Shown: positions 33,701-46,121 of the stretch, one piece after another | Numbering within the stretch: the stretch's first letter is position 1 | Layout: each line of letters begins with the position of its first letter | DNA from: Mayamaea pseudoterrestris | Taxonomy: Eukaryota | Direction of reading: 5' to 3' | Assembly (NCBI GenBank): GCA_027923505.1 | Contig: BROI01000025.1 | Coordinates: 124,001 to 188,000, forward strand | Length of the DNA stretch: 64,000 nt | The notes under the pieces: generated by a model | Databases searched by the model: none | The model's input: only the letters and a program-made list of their open reading frames with translations | Told to the model about the DNA's origin: nothing | Made by a program: the position numbers and the translations under genes

Positions 33701-34925
33701 ACTTACTGCTTCATCGCAGACCATTAAATCGCAGCAGTCAGCATACTTGCTAAGTCGCTTGCCGTGCGCTCGAATGCATTCGTAGCTGGCAATCAAAACA
33801 TTAAACATTTTGGTGCGCACAAAGGTATCCAAATTCTTTTCAACCGTCTTGCGATCCGCTTCGGCAATAGGAAGCGCCTTGACGACGCCTGGTCCAAGCC
33901 ACTTGACGAATTCATTGGCCCAGTTCTTGACCAATGAACATGGACAAATGACAATGACTCGCTTGGCCGTCGAAGCGCCGTCAGCAGTAATGCCAGTCTT
34001 GAGCAAGGTGTAAATCAATGCGACGGATTGCAAAGTCTTTCCTAGACCCATATCGTCTTTGAGGTGATAAAAAAAGGTCAGATGAGTAAGCAATGAATTT
34101 GCCTTGTGGAATACACGACGCAACTTTGCTCTCATTGCGTTATACTCACCAGCAAGAATGCATCCGCTTCCTCGATAATCTCGCAGCGACATGACGCATT
34201 CATACATGAACTGCACACCTTCCCGTTGATGCGGTCGCAGCCATTTGCACAAGACGTCTGGAACCATGACATCTTGCTTAGCGTAGGCTGCAGTCGGGGC
34301 TGGTTGGAGGACCGTCACTTCCTCCTCGACGCCGTACTCGTCGGCTCGAATTACCTTGGCCCTGTAAATGAGATGAGAAGCTGAAGGTTCAGATGCATGC
34401 AAGATAAAATCGACTAATCAATCCATGCTTATTAACGTACATTCGCGACGGAAGCCCCTTTGCTTCGCCTCCCTGATGTGGACTTTTCCATACGCACAAG
34501 GGTTCAAAGGGAGCATCCGGTTCCTTTCCATCTTCCTCATCATCCGATCCACTCTCCGACTCGGTTCCATCCTTGTTCTTGATTCCACGAGACGGTAACT
34601 TGTAGTTTAGACCCTTGCCAGCTCGTGCAAGAAGCTTGGCCATGCCGTCGAACCGACGCTTTTGTCCAAGCGACGAATGCTTCAAGGCCAAGTCGGCATC
34701 CTTGCCGTACGCGCGTCGCTTGAGCATGGGTCGCTGGAATTTCTTGCTTTGAACAACATGGAGACCTGATAGTAGAGGAGCTCGCTGCACCAGAATCTTG
34801 ACGCCGGGTTGAAAGAGCTTGGAGTTGGTGTGCATGATGGATGAAGGCCGTCCAATGCTGCTGCTGGCGCAAGTCATGGATGCCGAATTATCGCAAGCCG
34901 ACGATCCGCGTCGGACGAGCTTCAT
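30718..34925 (-). CDS. RAD54: RAD54-family SNF2 translocase with bromodomain and RanBP2-type zinc finger; introns 34362-34440, 34057-34149, 33630-33706, 32627-32700, 32509-32575, 32412-32482, 31471-31533
   Basis: [71 protein letters not shown] and DTHDKLRC reconstructed by splicing. Confidence 0.9.
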
Positions 34926-35444
34926 TGCTAATTAAAAAGGATTAATCGTTAGTGGATAAAGTATTGAATGGGTACGGTGCGAATAGTTAGATGTCGTCAT
35001 TGCCATGGACGACGGCAGCAAATCGGCCATGGTCGCGACGTTTCCCAGCGTGCGACGAATACTCACATGCGATCGCTTTCACGTAGTCATCACGTCACTC
35101 TGGTACAAGATGCGCGTCACGTGGTTTGGCTCGCGCCATTTTTCACTCGTGATGCGACATTTTGCTATCCTTCCGATTTGTGTTCTTGCGTCTTTCCCGC
35201 AGGCTTCGTCTAAACGATACAACATCGTCACTGTCCTAACACATTTCCGTCATGATGTGAATGATAATGGTTTCGTTACTAACAGGCATGACGAACTTGC
35301 GTTGTCTAAAGTAGCTCGAGAAAGCGAGAAACAGATCTACCTACCAGCCAAGCATGTCAAGTAGACTAATGTTTGAGTAACCCATGTATGGTGTTTATGT
35401 TCAATAAGATTATGTTCAAGTCTAAATAGTAAAGATGCACGCTT

Positions 35445-36323
35445 CTAGAACGGCGGAGGCCCACCGCCCATCATGCCATCCAAGTCCGACATGTAGTTGC
35501 CAAGTGTATCAACGAGGCCAAGCATTTCATCGGCCATGAAACTCTCGCTGCGCATGTGAGAATTCTCGGAACCATCCGAAACGGAGGCCGGTCCCGATCC
35601 GTGGTAGTAGTTGCCATTGGTGGCGAGCTGCTGCGAAACATTGTCGCTTCCCATGTGGTATACTTCTTGCTGCTGTTGCCCAAAGTAGTCGTGGTAGACG
35701 GGGCCGTTGGAAGACATTCCCGCTCCGTAAGACCACGGATACATTGGCGGTGGCGCATGCATGACTCCGCTCGCTGGAATGGTGGAGTAAACAGCGGCTG
35801 GGCGGTAGTAGTAATCAGGGGCAAAGGCTGCAGGGGCGGAAGCTTGCTGATCCGGAAAGGCAAGTGACGTTGGGTAGGTTGGTGTCACGCGGTGAAAATC
35901 GCTTTCTTGACCGCCGACGCTGTGAGGAATCGAACTGTCAGCCAATTGCGGCATGCTGTACTGAGGATGATTAGTCCTGGCGGGAGTATTCTTAGCCTCC
36001 GAGAGCTGGCGAACAACGTATTCCAGGTAATTGATCTCCATATCCATATCGGTACAGTCACTGGCATCATCGGCGGCAGAATCATATTCTTCCTCGTCGT
36101 CGCTGTCCATAAACATGGATTCTTCCTCCGAGACAAACGTGTCTTCTTGCGCCAGAGGCTGATTGTGCAAGGCTGTCTGCGCCATTCGCGTCTGCAGCGA
36201 GTCCATTTCGTCCTGATCGACTTGATTGCTGGGTGCCGCTAGTGACCCACCCGCGGTGAGCGAGCTGGCCGAGGAGCATTCGCTGATAGCAGCGGTTCTT
36301 CGCGGGGACTTTCGAGTGTTCAT
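35445..36323 (-). CDS. Hypothetical disordered protein
   Basis: 292-aa ATG-initiated ORF with acidic and P/Y/M-rich segments. Confidence 0.6.
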   Translation of the reverse strand: MNTRKSPRRTAAISECSSASSLTAGGSLAAPSNQVDQDEMDSLQTRMAQTALHNQPLAQEDTFVSEEESMFMDSDDEEEYDSAADDASDCTDMDMEINYLEYVVRQLSEAKNTPARTNHPQYSMPQLADSSIPHSVGGQESDFHRVTPTYPTSLAFPDQQASAPAAFAPDYYYRPAAVYSTIPASGVMHAPPPMYPWSYGAGMSSNGPVYHDYFGQQQQEVYHMGSDNVSQQLATNGNYYHGSGPASVSDGSENSHMRSESFMADEMLGLVDTLGNYMSDLDGMMGGGPPPF

Positions 36324-37131
36324 GGTTGTTTAAAGAGTTTGTAATTGAAGTATTATGCCAGCAAAGTTGTAAGCATTGTGATGAGTTTTATGCAAGGAGA
36401 CTCTTAGTCTTCAACTCCGTATGGCGAGAAAGGAACCCTTCGACCCATCTGTCATAAAAGAGGCTTATGCAAAGTATGACGCTGTCAACATCACCTGGAT
36501 TGCCAAATTTCTGAGCAAGGAGCTATCAATTTTTGTGGGCATAACTAATGTGAACGCGCACGTCGACACCTCAGTCGGAAAACAATGGGAAAGTGCGTAC
36601 TTCCCATGACTGTCGCAACGGTGTGGCTTTTCAAATTCTCCAATTTGTCACAAATTCGAAATCTGAGGTCACGGTTCCGCTTTGACACTTCCACAAACGT
36701 TTGCGTGTCATCACTTGTTTTCGGCAGAAATGGTCATCCAAAAAAGAATGACGTTCTTCCGCGATGTTTTTCGCGCGACGTGTCCGTCAGTGTTCGGAGA
36801 ATGGCTTTCCGTCGAAACAGCCATGTGTCTCTGTGATACTTTTATCCGAAAAATGTAACAGTGCGACATGCCGACATGATGCTCGCTCGTTGGTCGCCAA
36901 CAGGAGTTGTTGGCCAAAACTGACCTCAGCATGTCGGTATAGAAGGTGTACAGATACGCAATGGTGGCACGATCTCAAGCATGATATTGCGTGACTTATT
37001 TGTACAAAGTGGTTGTAAATGACTTGTACGGTTTATAGTGCTGTCCTTTACATGCGATCGGTGCGTTTGGGTACGGTATGCTTTACTCGACGATGCTGTC
37101 AAGTTGTTATACCACTACCAATTTTCCACCT

Positions 37132-40100
37132 TTACAACCAATCCGCATCAAGCTTGGATGGATCAACCTCAAATAGGTCCATCACGGCAGTCAAGCGGGC
37201 ACGACGCTTCTCGGCGGCAGTGAGCTTCTCGATCGACCCCTTGCCGAGCGCCTCCTTGCTAACCTGCGTGTACTTGACGAGACGCTCTTCAATCGAATCT
37301 GCCATGAGAAATCTTGTCACACGGACAGGTCGTGTTTGCCCAATACGGTGTACACGATCGCGGGCTTGATTCTCGACTGCCTATGAGTAGGAATGATTAG
37401 CAAGAGAGTGGGGAGGTGAGCAGTGACTTTGTTGTCGACAAATGACGCCAAATATGAAAGACCTACTCCGTTCCACCAGCTGCGAGTTGCATCGGAGGGA
37501 CCGGTTAGAGACATCCTTGGCACGAATTGTACATACTGTAATTACTATACTTACGGGTCAACCAAGAAGACAACATTGCCCCGGGTGAGGTTAATTCCAG
37601 TCCCGCAAGCCACTAAACCAAGGAAGCAAGGATGAGTACAAAGAACGAAAGCGAGTACAATAAACTCCTCCACTGTTGCTCACTCAGCGAGCAGAGAATA
37701 AAGCGTGGCTCCCCTGTCTCAAAATCATTCATAGCATTAAAGCGCTGCTGGGTATTCATCGAGCCATCGATTCGAGTGTAGGTGTAACCAAGGTCACGAA
37801 AATCTGCGGCAATCAAGTTGAGCATTGACGTCCACTGAGAGAAAATGACACACTTTTCGTCGTCTTGCATCTCGTCAATAACGTCCAGCATAGCTTGCAT
37901 CTTGGGGCTACGGCCATGCGTTTCGAAGGCCTCTGTTGCGTTTAGTTTTGGTGGAAAACCCTTCGAAGCAACCTTGGCGGAATGTGTCTTGACTAGATCA
38001 TCAGTAGTGTAAGGTTCACGACAGAGGGGACAAACCTGAACCTCGATGTCTTGCAAGCACGTTTCGCAGAAGACGTGTTTACATTTTCGTAGGATCGTGG
38101 CGTTTTCGTGTTCAAGTTCATTGAAGCACACCGCGCATTCCACGAGCTCATCATCTGCGAAGACTCCGCGAAGATGGGCAAGCAACGAAAACCCCTCTTC
38201 TTGGGTTAGAGTCACAAGCGACTCGTTCAGCTCTACCGCTCGCTGACGATAGTCGCCCGGAATCAAGCAAAAATGGTTGCAAGCTTGTCGAATGCGCAAG
38301 ATTAGCCCTGACAAGAACGCCGAGATTTAGTAAGAGTCGTGCTACAACAAGCGATAGAATCACTGCAGCACTCACCTAAAAGCTCCATGAATCGTTTTCC
38401 TGATTTGTTTTCTTTGCGCTGTTCCTTGGACATCTCCAGATAGTCAACGAAATATTCGCGCGCAGTTTTGTACATGGCATCATAAGTCGACTTGTGGACG
38501 CTGTCAGCAGGAAACTCAATAAGGCGCAATTCAACTGGACAAGAGTGAAATTAAATCGAAAGAAGCGCGTAAGCATCGCTACAAAATGACGGACAAAAGT
38601 CGCTCGTTTACATACCTGTTTTGGGAGCGAGTTGGATGTGTTGCATGACGGCGGCCTTTGTGCGGCGCAAACAAATGAACGCCAGCACAGTACGAAGACG
38701 GAAAAGACCAATCTCGCGGCGTTCTCTGATAGGTTCCGAGACATATGCATCAAAAATATCCTTGTTGCACAGCGGCTGGATTTCCAAAAATGCCAACAAA
38801 GAAAAAATATCGTTTGGCTTGTTCAACATTATCGTTCCTAAAGCGAGGCAATGATTATGACGAGCAGGATACGGCGCGCGAGACATTAAGACACATAAGA
38901 TTGGCGCTTACCTGTCAAACAGAGTTTTCGTTCGGCGCTTAAAAGCATCATTGCTTCGAAAGCTTTTGACTCGTTGTTTTTGATGATGTGCTAGAGAGCG
39001 CGAAACAAAGGTCGAGCGTGAGATGCATGCCTAAATGTGGTTCGAATCTCTCTTTCTATGACTTACCGCTTCGTCAAGGACCAAGCGATGAAATTGAAGG
39101 TCGAAAATCCATATGTTGGTCTTGCGTCTCTTGGGTTTACTTTCACGCTGCAGTTGTTTCCGATAGTAAACGCTGTCGTCTGATTCGTCGTCCTCATCAC
39201 TGAGAGGCTGATTCATCTTCGCCTTTGGTTTCGTCGCTTTGCCCTTTATCTCCATCATCAGCTTGAGGTCGCTGCTCAGGGTTTGATAGGTACTTAAAAC
39301 AATATCGACCATGCCCTTCTTTATTAGCGACAACACTTTATGTCGATTGTTCCCATGATACACGGCAACTGAAAGGTATTTGCTGTCGTCACGATTGATA
39401 TGCTGCTTTATTTGAGACATCCAATTCGCAATGACCGACTTTGGCGCAACGATCAAGGTCGCACGTGGTGCATCGTCCGCGTCGAGCCCGTGCTCTTTGG
39501 GCAGCGGGTACGACTTAAAGTTTCCGGGAGGATTTGCGACTATAAGCGCTAAAGTTTGAAGAGTTTTGCCAAGTCCCATATCTGTGATTGGAAATGTAAA
39601 GATGACCATGAGAGCAAACTAGAGGAGCAGCGTCCAACACATGCCACTTTCATATTGAGACTCACCATCCGCCAAGATTGCGCTTCGAGTTGGTTTGGGC
39701 GTGGTATAGAGCTTGGCTTTGGTGATCTGACACTTCCAAATTTTTCGCCCTTGGAATTCAATTTCTTCAATGTATGAAGGGATTGAGCCGCGTTCTTGAT
39801 TGATGAGCCAAGCGATGCCTTGCTTTTGGAAATCATAGAATGTCAAATGTGAAAGCAGCGATGGCGTTTCATATGGCGGAAGATCATTGAAACGACTTTC
39901 ACTCTGTTTTTCGAAAAGCCTATCAATCTCTTCGCGCTGCGCTTGCCAGTCAATCGCCTGCGTATGCACGCTAGCTTGGACCGCTCGTGACGATACAGCG
40001 TCAGGGGCATTGATACCGAGAGTAGTACTAATAGACCCTACAGGTGCCGTGTCATCCGTTGTAGCACGAAAGTTGCCTTGTAGATGCGCTGAAAGTACAT

Positions 40101-42649
40101 TGCGAAAATGGGTAATCTGTGCCGGCGAGCAAGCGTATTCGACCTTTATTGTCGTGCCCGTCGAGTAGTTATTTCGGCCCTTTGCAACTCCTTTAGCTTC
40201 GATGGAGGCAATGCATGTAATTGAGTCGTAGTGATCCATGATTCTTGCGAGCATGCTTCCTTGTGTTTTCCAAACAAAGCCAATTGTCGTGCCGGTCAAA
40301 GTGTCGACGCGAATGGCATGCTTGCCGTAGTGATACTTGCGCTCCCGCACAAGATTCACTATGTCACCAACACTGACAAAGTCAGAACTCTTTTTATCGG
40401 TGTAGTTGACAAGAACGAGCGTGCTGTACCCTAAAATTTGGGTATTAGTGTCCGAAATTTCTTCGTCGTTGTCATCGACGGTGAGGACAAGTGGCAATGA
40501 CGACAATGCTGCTGCCCCGAGGGATGCGCTGGTCGCTGCATTCATGTCAACTGCCTTAATGCTGGCTGCTTTCGAACTCACTTCTACTGCTTGAAACATG
40601 CCACCGAGGCAAGCAGTCAAAATGTCTATGTAACGGCTCACGTGATTCGCCGTCGTAGCAAATCGCACCATCATGGGAACTACGTTAAATTGCCGCTCAC
40701 CGGAAAGTGTCGCCACACAATGAATCAGCTCGTAGTTGTCCATGATCTTTGCCAGCTTTTTGGCGTGTTCAAGCTCAATGTGCCCAATCGTCGCGCCACT
40801 TGCCGTCTGAACACGAATAGCATTCGTATCGTATTCGTTCTCTTTTTCGCGGACAAGCGCAAGCTGATCGCTAACGTTTACTTGTGCATATCCAGAGTGA
40901 AATAGTGTACCGACCAAAGACAGAGTGCATGAGCCAATCGTTTGAAGCTCGTCATCCACCGACTTATCCGGTGCCGGGGGCTTTTCGGACGAGCGTTGTG
41001 CAACAGGTAGCTGCACCTGCGGTACCGGAGGCTTGGGCGCAGCTTTTTTGGCGTAAATTTCCGTACCTGGCGCTGGCTGGAAGTTGCAGCCAAGCATTTG
41101 AGTAAGCGAACCATAAGATTCTTCCGTGGTGGGCTGTATGTTCGTGTTGCTGCAGTCATACTTGTAGGATACTAAGATGGGAATGTCGCTCGCATGTGGA
41201 CCGATGGTAATCGCTTCGACCAAAATGTGCGCATTACTGCTAAGAAACTCGGAGAACTGGGTGTCCGTCTCGCGAATGAGGCCAAGTTTGATGCCTTGGT
41301 TATCCAATACCCCTATTGCATTTGGAATGTGCACCTGGCAGAGAAAAGATGTATTGACTGTGAGTGCATGTTATTCAACTAGCAAGGTCGAGCGCGCACT
41401 GTTCACGGCAATGGACGTACATTATGAGTGTCTTGCACAAGAGTGACCGTGTCTCCTTCACTCGTGTTACCCGCGCTGTACATGACTCCCATAATGGTGA
41501 AGTCGCTCCAGCCCAAGATAATCATGGACGAGGGTCGCGTCGCAGTACCCGATACAACCTTTGGCAACGACGGATACGAATTCGTCGGCTCCATTCGACG
41601 AGCAAGGCTGATTGATGTAGATGATATCTTCTTGTCGCTTCCATTGTACGGCGCATTTATGGAGCGAGGCTTGGCTTCGTCTGGTTCACAATCTGAATCG
41701 CAGGACGAAAGTGCTGGTGACTCGCTCGAGCGCTTGCGTGCCGACGGCTTGATCGAAGGCGTATCCTCCCACCAAGCGTCTTCATCTTGAACCAATGGAC
41801 TAGTCATCTCTTTCGGCTTGGCTACTGCCATTGCCATGAGCTGTGCTCGCTGCTGATGGTTCATAAAGGCGCTCGTGGTGCGTTGGTTCATGATGCGGCG
41901 CGCCGACGGCTTTGTTAAAGGCGTATCCTCCCACCAGGCGTCCTCCTCCTGATCTAATGTGCTAGTCGTCTTTTTCGGCTTGGAAACTGCAATTTCCATG
42001 AGCTGTGCTCGTTGATGCTGGCTGGTAAAGGCACTCGTGGTGCGTTGGTTCACGGTGCGGGATGATGGCGGCGAATCCACATTTGTAGGCTCAAAGATTC
42101 GTCCCAAGCGATTCTGCAACTGCAATTGAGCAGCTCGAACTTGATTCGCATCTACTGTACCAGTACTCTTGAGCAAATAGGTGATCTGAATGGTGCAATG
42201 CGTGTTGCTAAGCGACGTTTTAAAGAGGACGACTGCCGTCGTTTGAATCTCGTCTTGCTGGAGAACAAACGCAAGATTTGCTGCATGAACTGAATCATAC
42301 TTTCCAAGCAGAAAGTCATCTTCGTCTCCAATATATACGCTCGACTGGAGAATAATAATAACATATTGGATTGAGTCGATCCGGTTGCTGTATCTTTACA
42401 CTTGTCGCTTGCATTTTCACTTACATCATTTCCGGCGCCGCGAATGAGATAAACAACATCTCCTTCATTCGGCAACTCAGCATCGCTCCCCAGAGTCATT
42501 ACCATGAGTCCTGTGCCAAGTAGACGACTCGGAAGATCCGGAGTAATGGTGCGGGAGTTGTTGGTGCGAAAGTTTGTCGTCGAGTCAAACATTGCCATGG
42601 GAGCGTCATTCGGCGGCGCCGTGACGCGCTCTTTCTCCCCTCTCGGCAT
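37132..42649 (-). CDS. RAD5/HLTF/SMARCA3-like SNF2 helicase with RING finger and multiple N-terminal HIRAN-like domains (multi-exon)
   Basis: [47 protein letters not shown]3HC4 [19 protein letters not shown] and [10 protein letters not shown]; 5' introns 42345-42424 and 41335-41420 keep frame. Confidence 0.85.
41732..42055 (-). repeat. Intragenic tandem duplication, 162 bp / 54 aa x2
   Basis: [37 protein letters not shown] occurs twice. Confidence 0.9.
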
Positions 42650-43138
42650 GGAATCAACTTGTATTTCTGAAGGTATTTCTAACTGGTGGCTGCTGTGACG
42701 ATGAGGATGAGACGGTAAAGTAGGTCCGCTGCATGGATCGCTCCGACTCGTCGCGTGGTTGTTGCTTCCGTGCTGGAAGCGAAACGTGTTTTGGAGTTAA
42801 GGGAATGTCGCGCCGGTCGAGCCGAAAGCAAGCGTGCAGGCCTCACAAATTCTTCCTGCCAATGCTGAATTCAAGAATAAACGATTGCGGGACCTGTTTT
42901 AAAAGGGGTTTGCCATTTTTTAGATGCCATTGCTACATCTATTTCTTTTATGAGGTTTGTAAGACGCATAGCCCAAATCAACTTTCATTCCGCTAGCGCC
43001 AAACGGTGCATTCACAATAGAACCGCTACGACACTGCATGGACGTGCCACCAAGTGTGCCATCCATTGTTTTTTGGTTGCATCCTCCCCCTCTCCAACTG
43101 AGCGCCACCATGTTAGGCGCAAGACTGTCAGGGTTATA

Positions 43139-44632
43139 ATGCCAATAGATCTCCGACCTTTTGCCCAAGATGAAAGTCTTTGGAATGCCTTGGAATTGTC
43201 ACTTGAACTGCGCGGCGCGACAGCTAATGACGATGATGACGAGCCATCACTCCTGGTCGCTCAACTTCGACAAGCTCACGGCGACACACGACGAGCCAAG
43301 CAGCAGCTTGAATTGTATCGAAGCCAATATAAAAGGAAGCAAGTGACGGATAGACACAAATTGCAGAACCTTGAGTTGTCGTTTCGTCAAGCGGAAGACA
43401 CAAGTAACCATATCTTGTCGCGCGTTCCAAACTACGTCGACTCGGAGATTCCCACTTTCATCGACAAGGATGATGAAAGTGAGTGGCAAACCGCTGACAA
43501 TCAACAAACAAGGACGCACAATGACGAAACAGTAAACCAAATTATGTTCTGCATTGGAGGCTACGAACAACTGGGAACGCATATTATTTTGACTGGACGA
43601 GGCAGAGGTTTGTTGCAGGCGATGGAGCAGTACATGATTGAATCCTGTCAAGAAATGCCGGCCGTCGTCAAGTCCGAAGTACTGGATATGCCTCTGATGC
43701 TTCCCATTGACGCTGCAAGTTACCAGAAGCGGTGTGGCGTCGTTTCGCCGTTCCATCAATGCCTTTCCGATGGCTCAATCATGGCGCCTTCGTGGATGTC
43801 ACTGGTTGAGCACCATTTACCATTGAACGATACCTATTTTGATCGATCCCTTCCACAAAGCTTCTTGCTTTCCTGCACGGACTGCATGCACCGCACTCCA
43901 CCGACACTCCAGACACAGCGTCAATCCAGTTGGTATCGCGACCTGCCACTTCACCAAGACTTGCAAGTCCTTCTTGTGACTGGTCCCAGTTTATCAATCG
44001 ACTCGAGACGCTTGCAAATATCATGGATGGAGCATTTGCGAGACGTCTACCAACAACTAGCACCCACATCTCGCTTGAGAATCCGATCCATTCAGCCTGC
44101 TGACTTGTCGTCAGCGGAAGCCAGTCGGCTCGTGTTGGAAAGTTACATGCCGACTACCGGTAGTGCTATTAGCAGTAGCAGCAAAGTCGATAATCAACTT
44201 ACTATTGAACTCGCGTCAACGAGCAACCTGTTGGATTACTGCAGTGATGGTTTGAAGCATGGCAACTCAATGGACAAGGGCAACGTACATTTGCTTCACG
44301 GAAGTGTTTGCAACGTCGGTTTCGCGGTGGAATGGATGCTGCAGCATTGCAAGACGGTTGACCATGGATGCCAAGGCATTCTCCTGCCAAACTGCATCCA
44401 ACATGGAGCGGAAATAAACTTTTGTCGGCGCTTTATCAAGAAGAAGGGAGGCAAGCAGTTTGTGCAAGCCATTCCATTGCCTGCGCAGCAAGCAGTTGTT
44501 GCACCTACATCTGGCCACGACGCGAACGCAACGTTTGGGAGCGGCAGCGACGACGTTTGCGGGCCGACGATAGAAAGGATACGTAAGGAAGCAGCAAGCT
44601 GTCCATTCGACTTTTTGCCATTTTACAAATAA
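43139..44632 (+). CDS. Seryl-tRNA synthetase-like protein, apparently degenerate
   Basis: N-terminal MPIDL and coiled coil, RVPNYVDSEIP, ELASTSNLLDY, VHLLHGSVC and GILLP parallel SerRS landmarks. Confidence 0.65.
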   Translation: MPIDLRPFAQDESLWNALELSLELRGATANDDDDEPSLLVAQLRQAHGDTRRAKQQLELYRSQYKRKQVTDRHKLQNLELSFRQAEDTSNHILSRVPNYVDSEIPTFIDKDDESEWQTADNQQTRTHNDETVNQIMFCIGGYEQLGTHIILTGRGRGLLQAMEQYMIESCQEMPAVVKSEVLDMPLMLPIDAASYQKRCGVVSPFHQCLSDGSIMAPSWMSLVEHHLPLNDTYFDRSLPQSFLLSCTDCMHRTPPTLQTQRQSSWYRDLPLHQDLQVLLVTGPSLSIDSRRLQISWMEHLRDVYQQLAPTSRLRIRSIQPADLSSAEASRLVLESYMPTTGSAISSSSKVDNQLTIELASTSNLLDYCSDGLKHGNSMDKGNVHLLHGSVCNVGFAVEWMLQHCKTVDHGCQGILLPNCIQHGAEINFCRRFIKKKGGKQFVQAIPLPAQQAVVAPTSGHDANATFGSGSDDVCGPTIERIRKEAASCPFDFLPFYK

Positions 44633-44920
44633 TAGCATTCGTGGAATCCCTGTCGCCATGTACCGTTCGAATAAGGTTCAAGTACTACCGTAGTCGATCA
44701 AGCTACATATTGCATCTGGATAGCATACTGCCTATTGTCACCCGTTGACGCAAAAGCATTTCAGGCGACGAGTCGTCAAGGAGGCAACGTCTGAAATTCG
44801 TAATAACTTTAAATATATATTGTCCGTCCCGTCCTACTTTCTCATTCTACCGGTAACTCAATCACAAGCTCTATAACCTCCCAAATCATTCCATCCCCCC
44901 AGTCAGTCGTCATATCATGT

Positions 44921-45686
44921 TTACTGAACAACGCAACAAGAATTCGTCTTCTTCGCCTGCTTGTAAAACAGTTTGCTTTGCGCCGACAAGTCGTTCGACT
45001 TGTCCACCAAATTATCCAATTTGACGCCCCGCTCCAACACACTATCAATCGTCTTGTGAAGAATCTGCGTCGTTTCATCCAAATCCTTTTGAATCTTGGT
45101 AATTTTATCCGCCGACGCTGGATCCTGATACTTTGTCAAATACTCGCCACACGGCGCAAACGTGATACTCTCCGGCACTGTCACCGTTTTCCACGAGTCC
45201 CCCACTTGCGTCACAAAGTCGTCAAGCAGCTGCGCCAGCAGCGAAAAGGCCACCCGCGCCGGGTACTCCTGGTCGGTAATGACGGCACCCGCCAAGCCGT
45301 CGGACCGCACGTGGCAGTGCACCGTGTAGCCCTCGTGGTCGACCGACTGTCGCTGGTTCGGCTCCGTGCGCTTCAGAAACGTTTTTGTGAGAAAGAGCAG
45401 CATTTCCTTGACGGACTGTGTTGTGTAAAAGTAGTGTTGAGTGATTATTTTACAATTATGCAGAATGAAGAATTTGCTTGGCTTGACGAGCGCGTCGTGC
45501 ATATTCATATCATCCCTTCCTCTGGGTTTCTCCAACTCGTCCTTTCGTTTATCACAATTTTCATTTTCTATTACTCACCTGCCTCTGAAAAAATCCAAAG
45601 CTACTCAAGTCATTCGCAACCGTCAATGGAACCGGCTCGTTCAAGTCGGAACCAGTCCGGACCAAGGCAATGGAAAGAATTTTCAT
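44921..45686 (-). CDS. YKT6: Longin R-SNARE YKT6; intron 45416-45578
   Basis: Exon 1 ends DLSSFGFFQRQ; YPARVAFSLL, SVLERGVKLDNLV and C-terminal CCVVQ prenylation motif. Confidence 0.95.
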
Positions 45687-46121
45687 AATGATAATATAGA
45701 TGAGAGCTTTTGCTGTCTAAAAGTGACGCGCTACAGCGTATAAAGGTTCAGTCGAGCAACAAGTCAGTCTAGTAATAGACGGGAGCAAGCTAGCAAAAGC
45801 TTGACAAGACTTTTTTGCTTCGATCATCATGGAAGGGCAAAAACGGCCAGCGCCTTCGAACGACTCCGTGCTCATTGGCGTTTGACAGCCGTATTTACAG
45901 TTGATTTTCATTGTTGTTCGCGAGCGCCAAAAAGCACTCATGCAAGTCGCACCAGTTATCGCTACGACATGAGAGCAAACGCGGCTCGTCCGCCTCGTCT
46001 CATTCATCTCGTCGTCTCCATTCTCCAGCAGTGACCTCCATTATCCATCTAATCTTGCTCAATCGACAAGCGTCTGTACTACCATAATCATCGTAATCAG
46101 TATATACAATAAATTAGCATC

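Noticed and set aside
35000..35160. CACGT/CGCG-rich elements upstream of RAD54
   Set aside because: Similar CpG-rich words occur in most promoters here; no specificity can be shown
36400..37100. Short ORFs in intergenic DNA (also 23900-24600, 26800-27440, 58000-58650)
   Set aside because: No motifs or consistent splice model; no tRNA, ncRNA or transposon hallmarks recognised by eye
44978..45688. 236-aa + strand ORF
   Set aside because: Antisense shadow of YKT6
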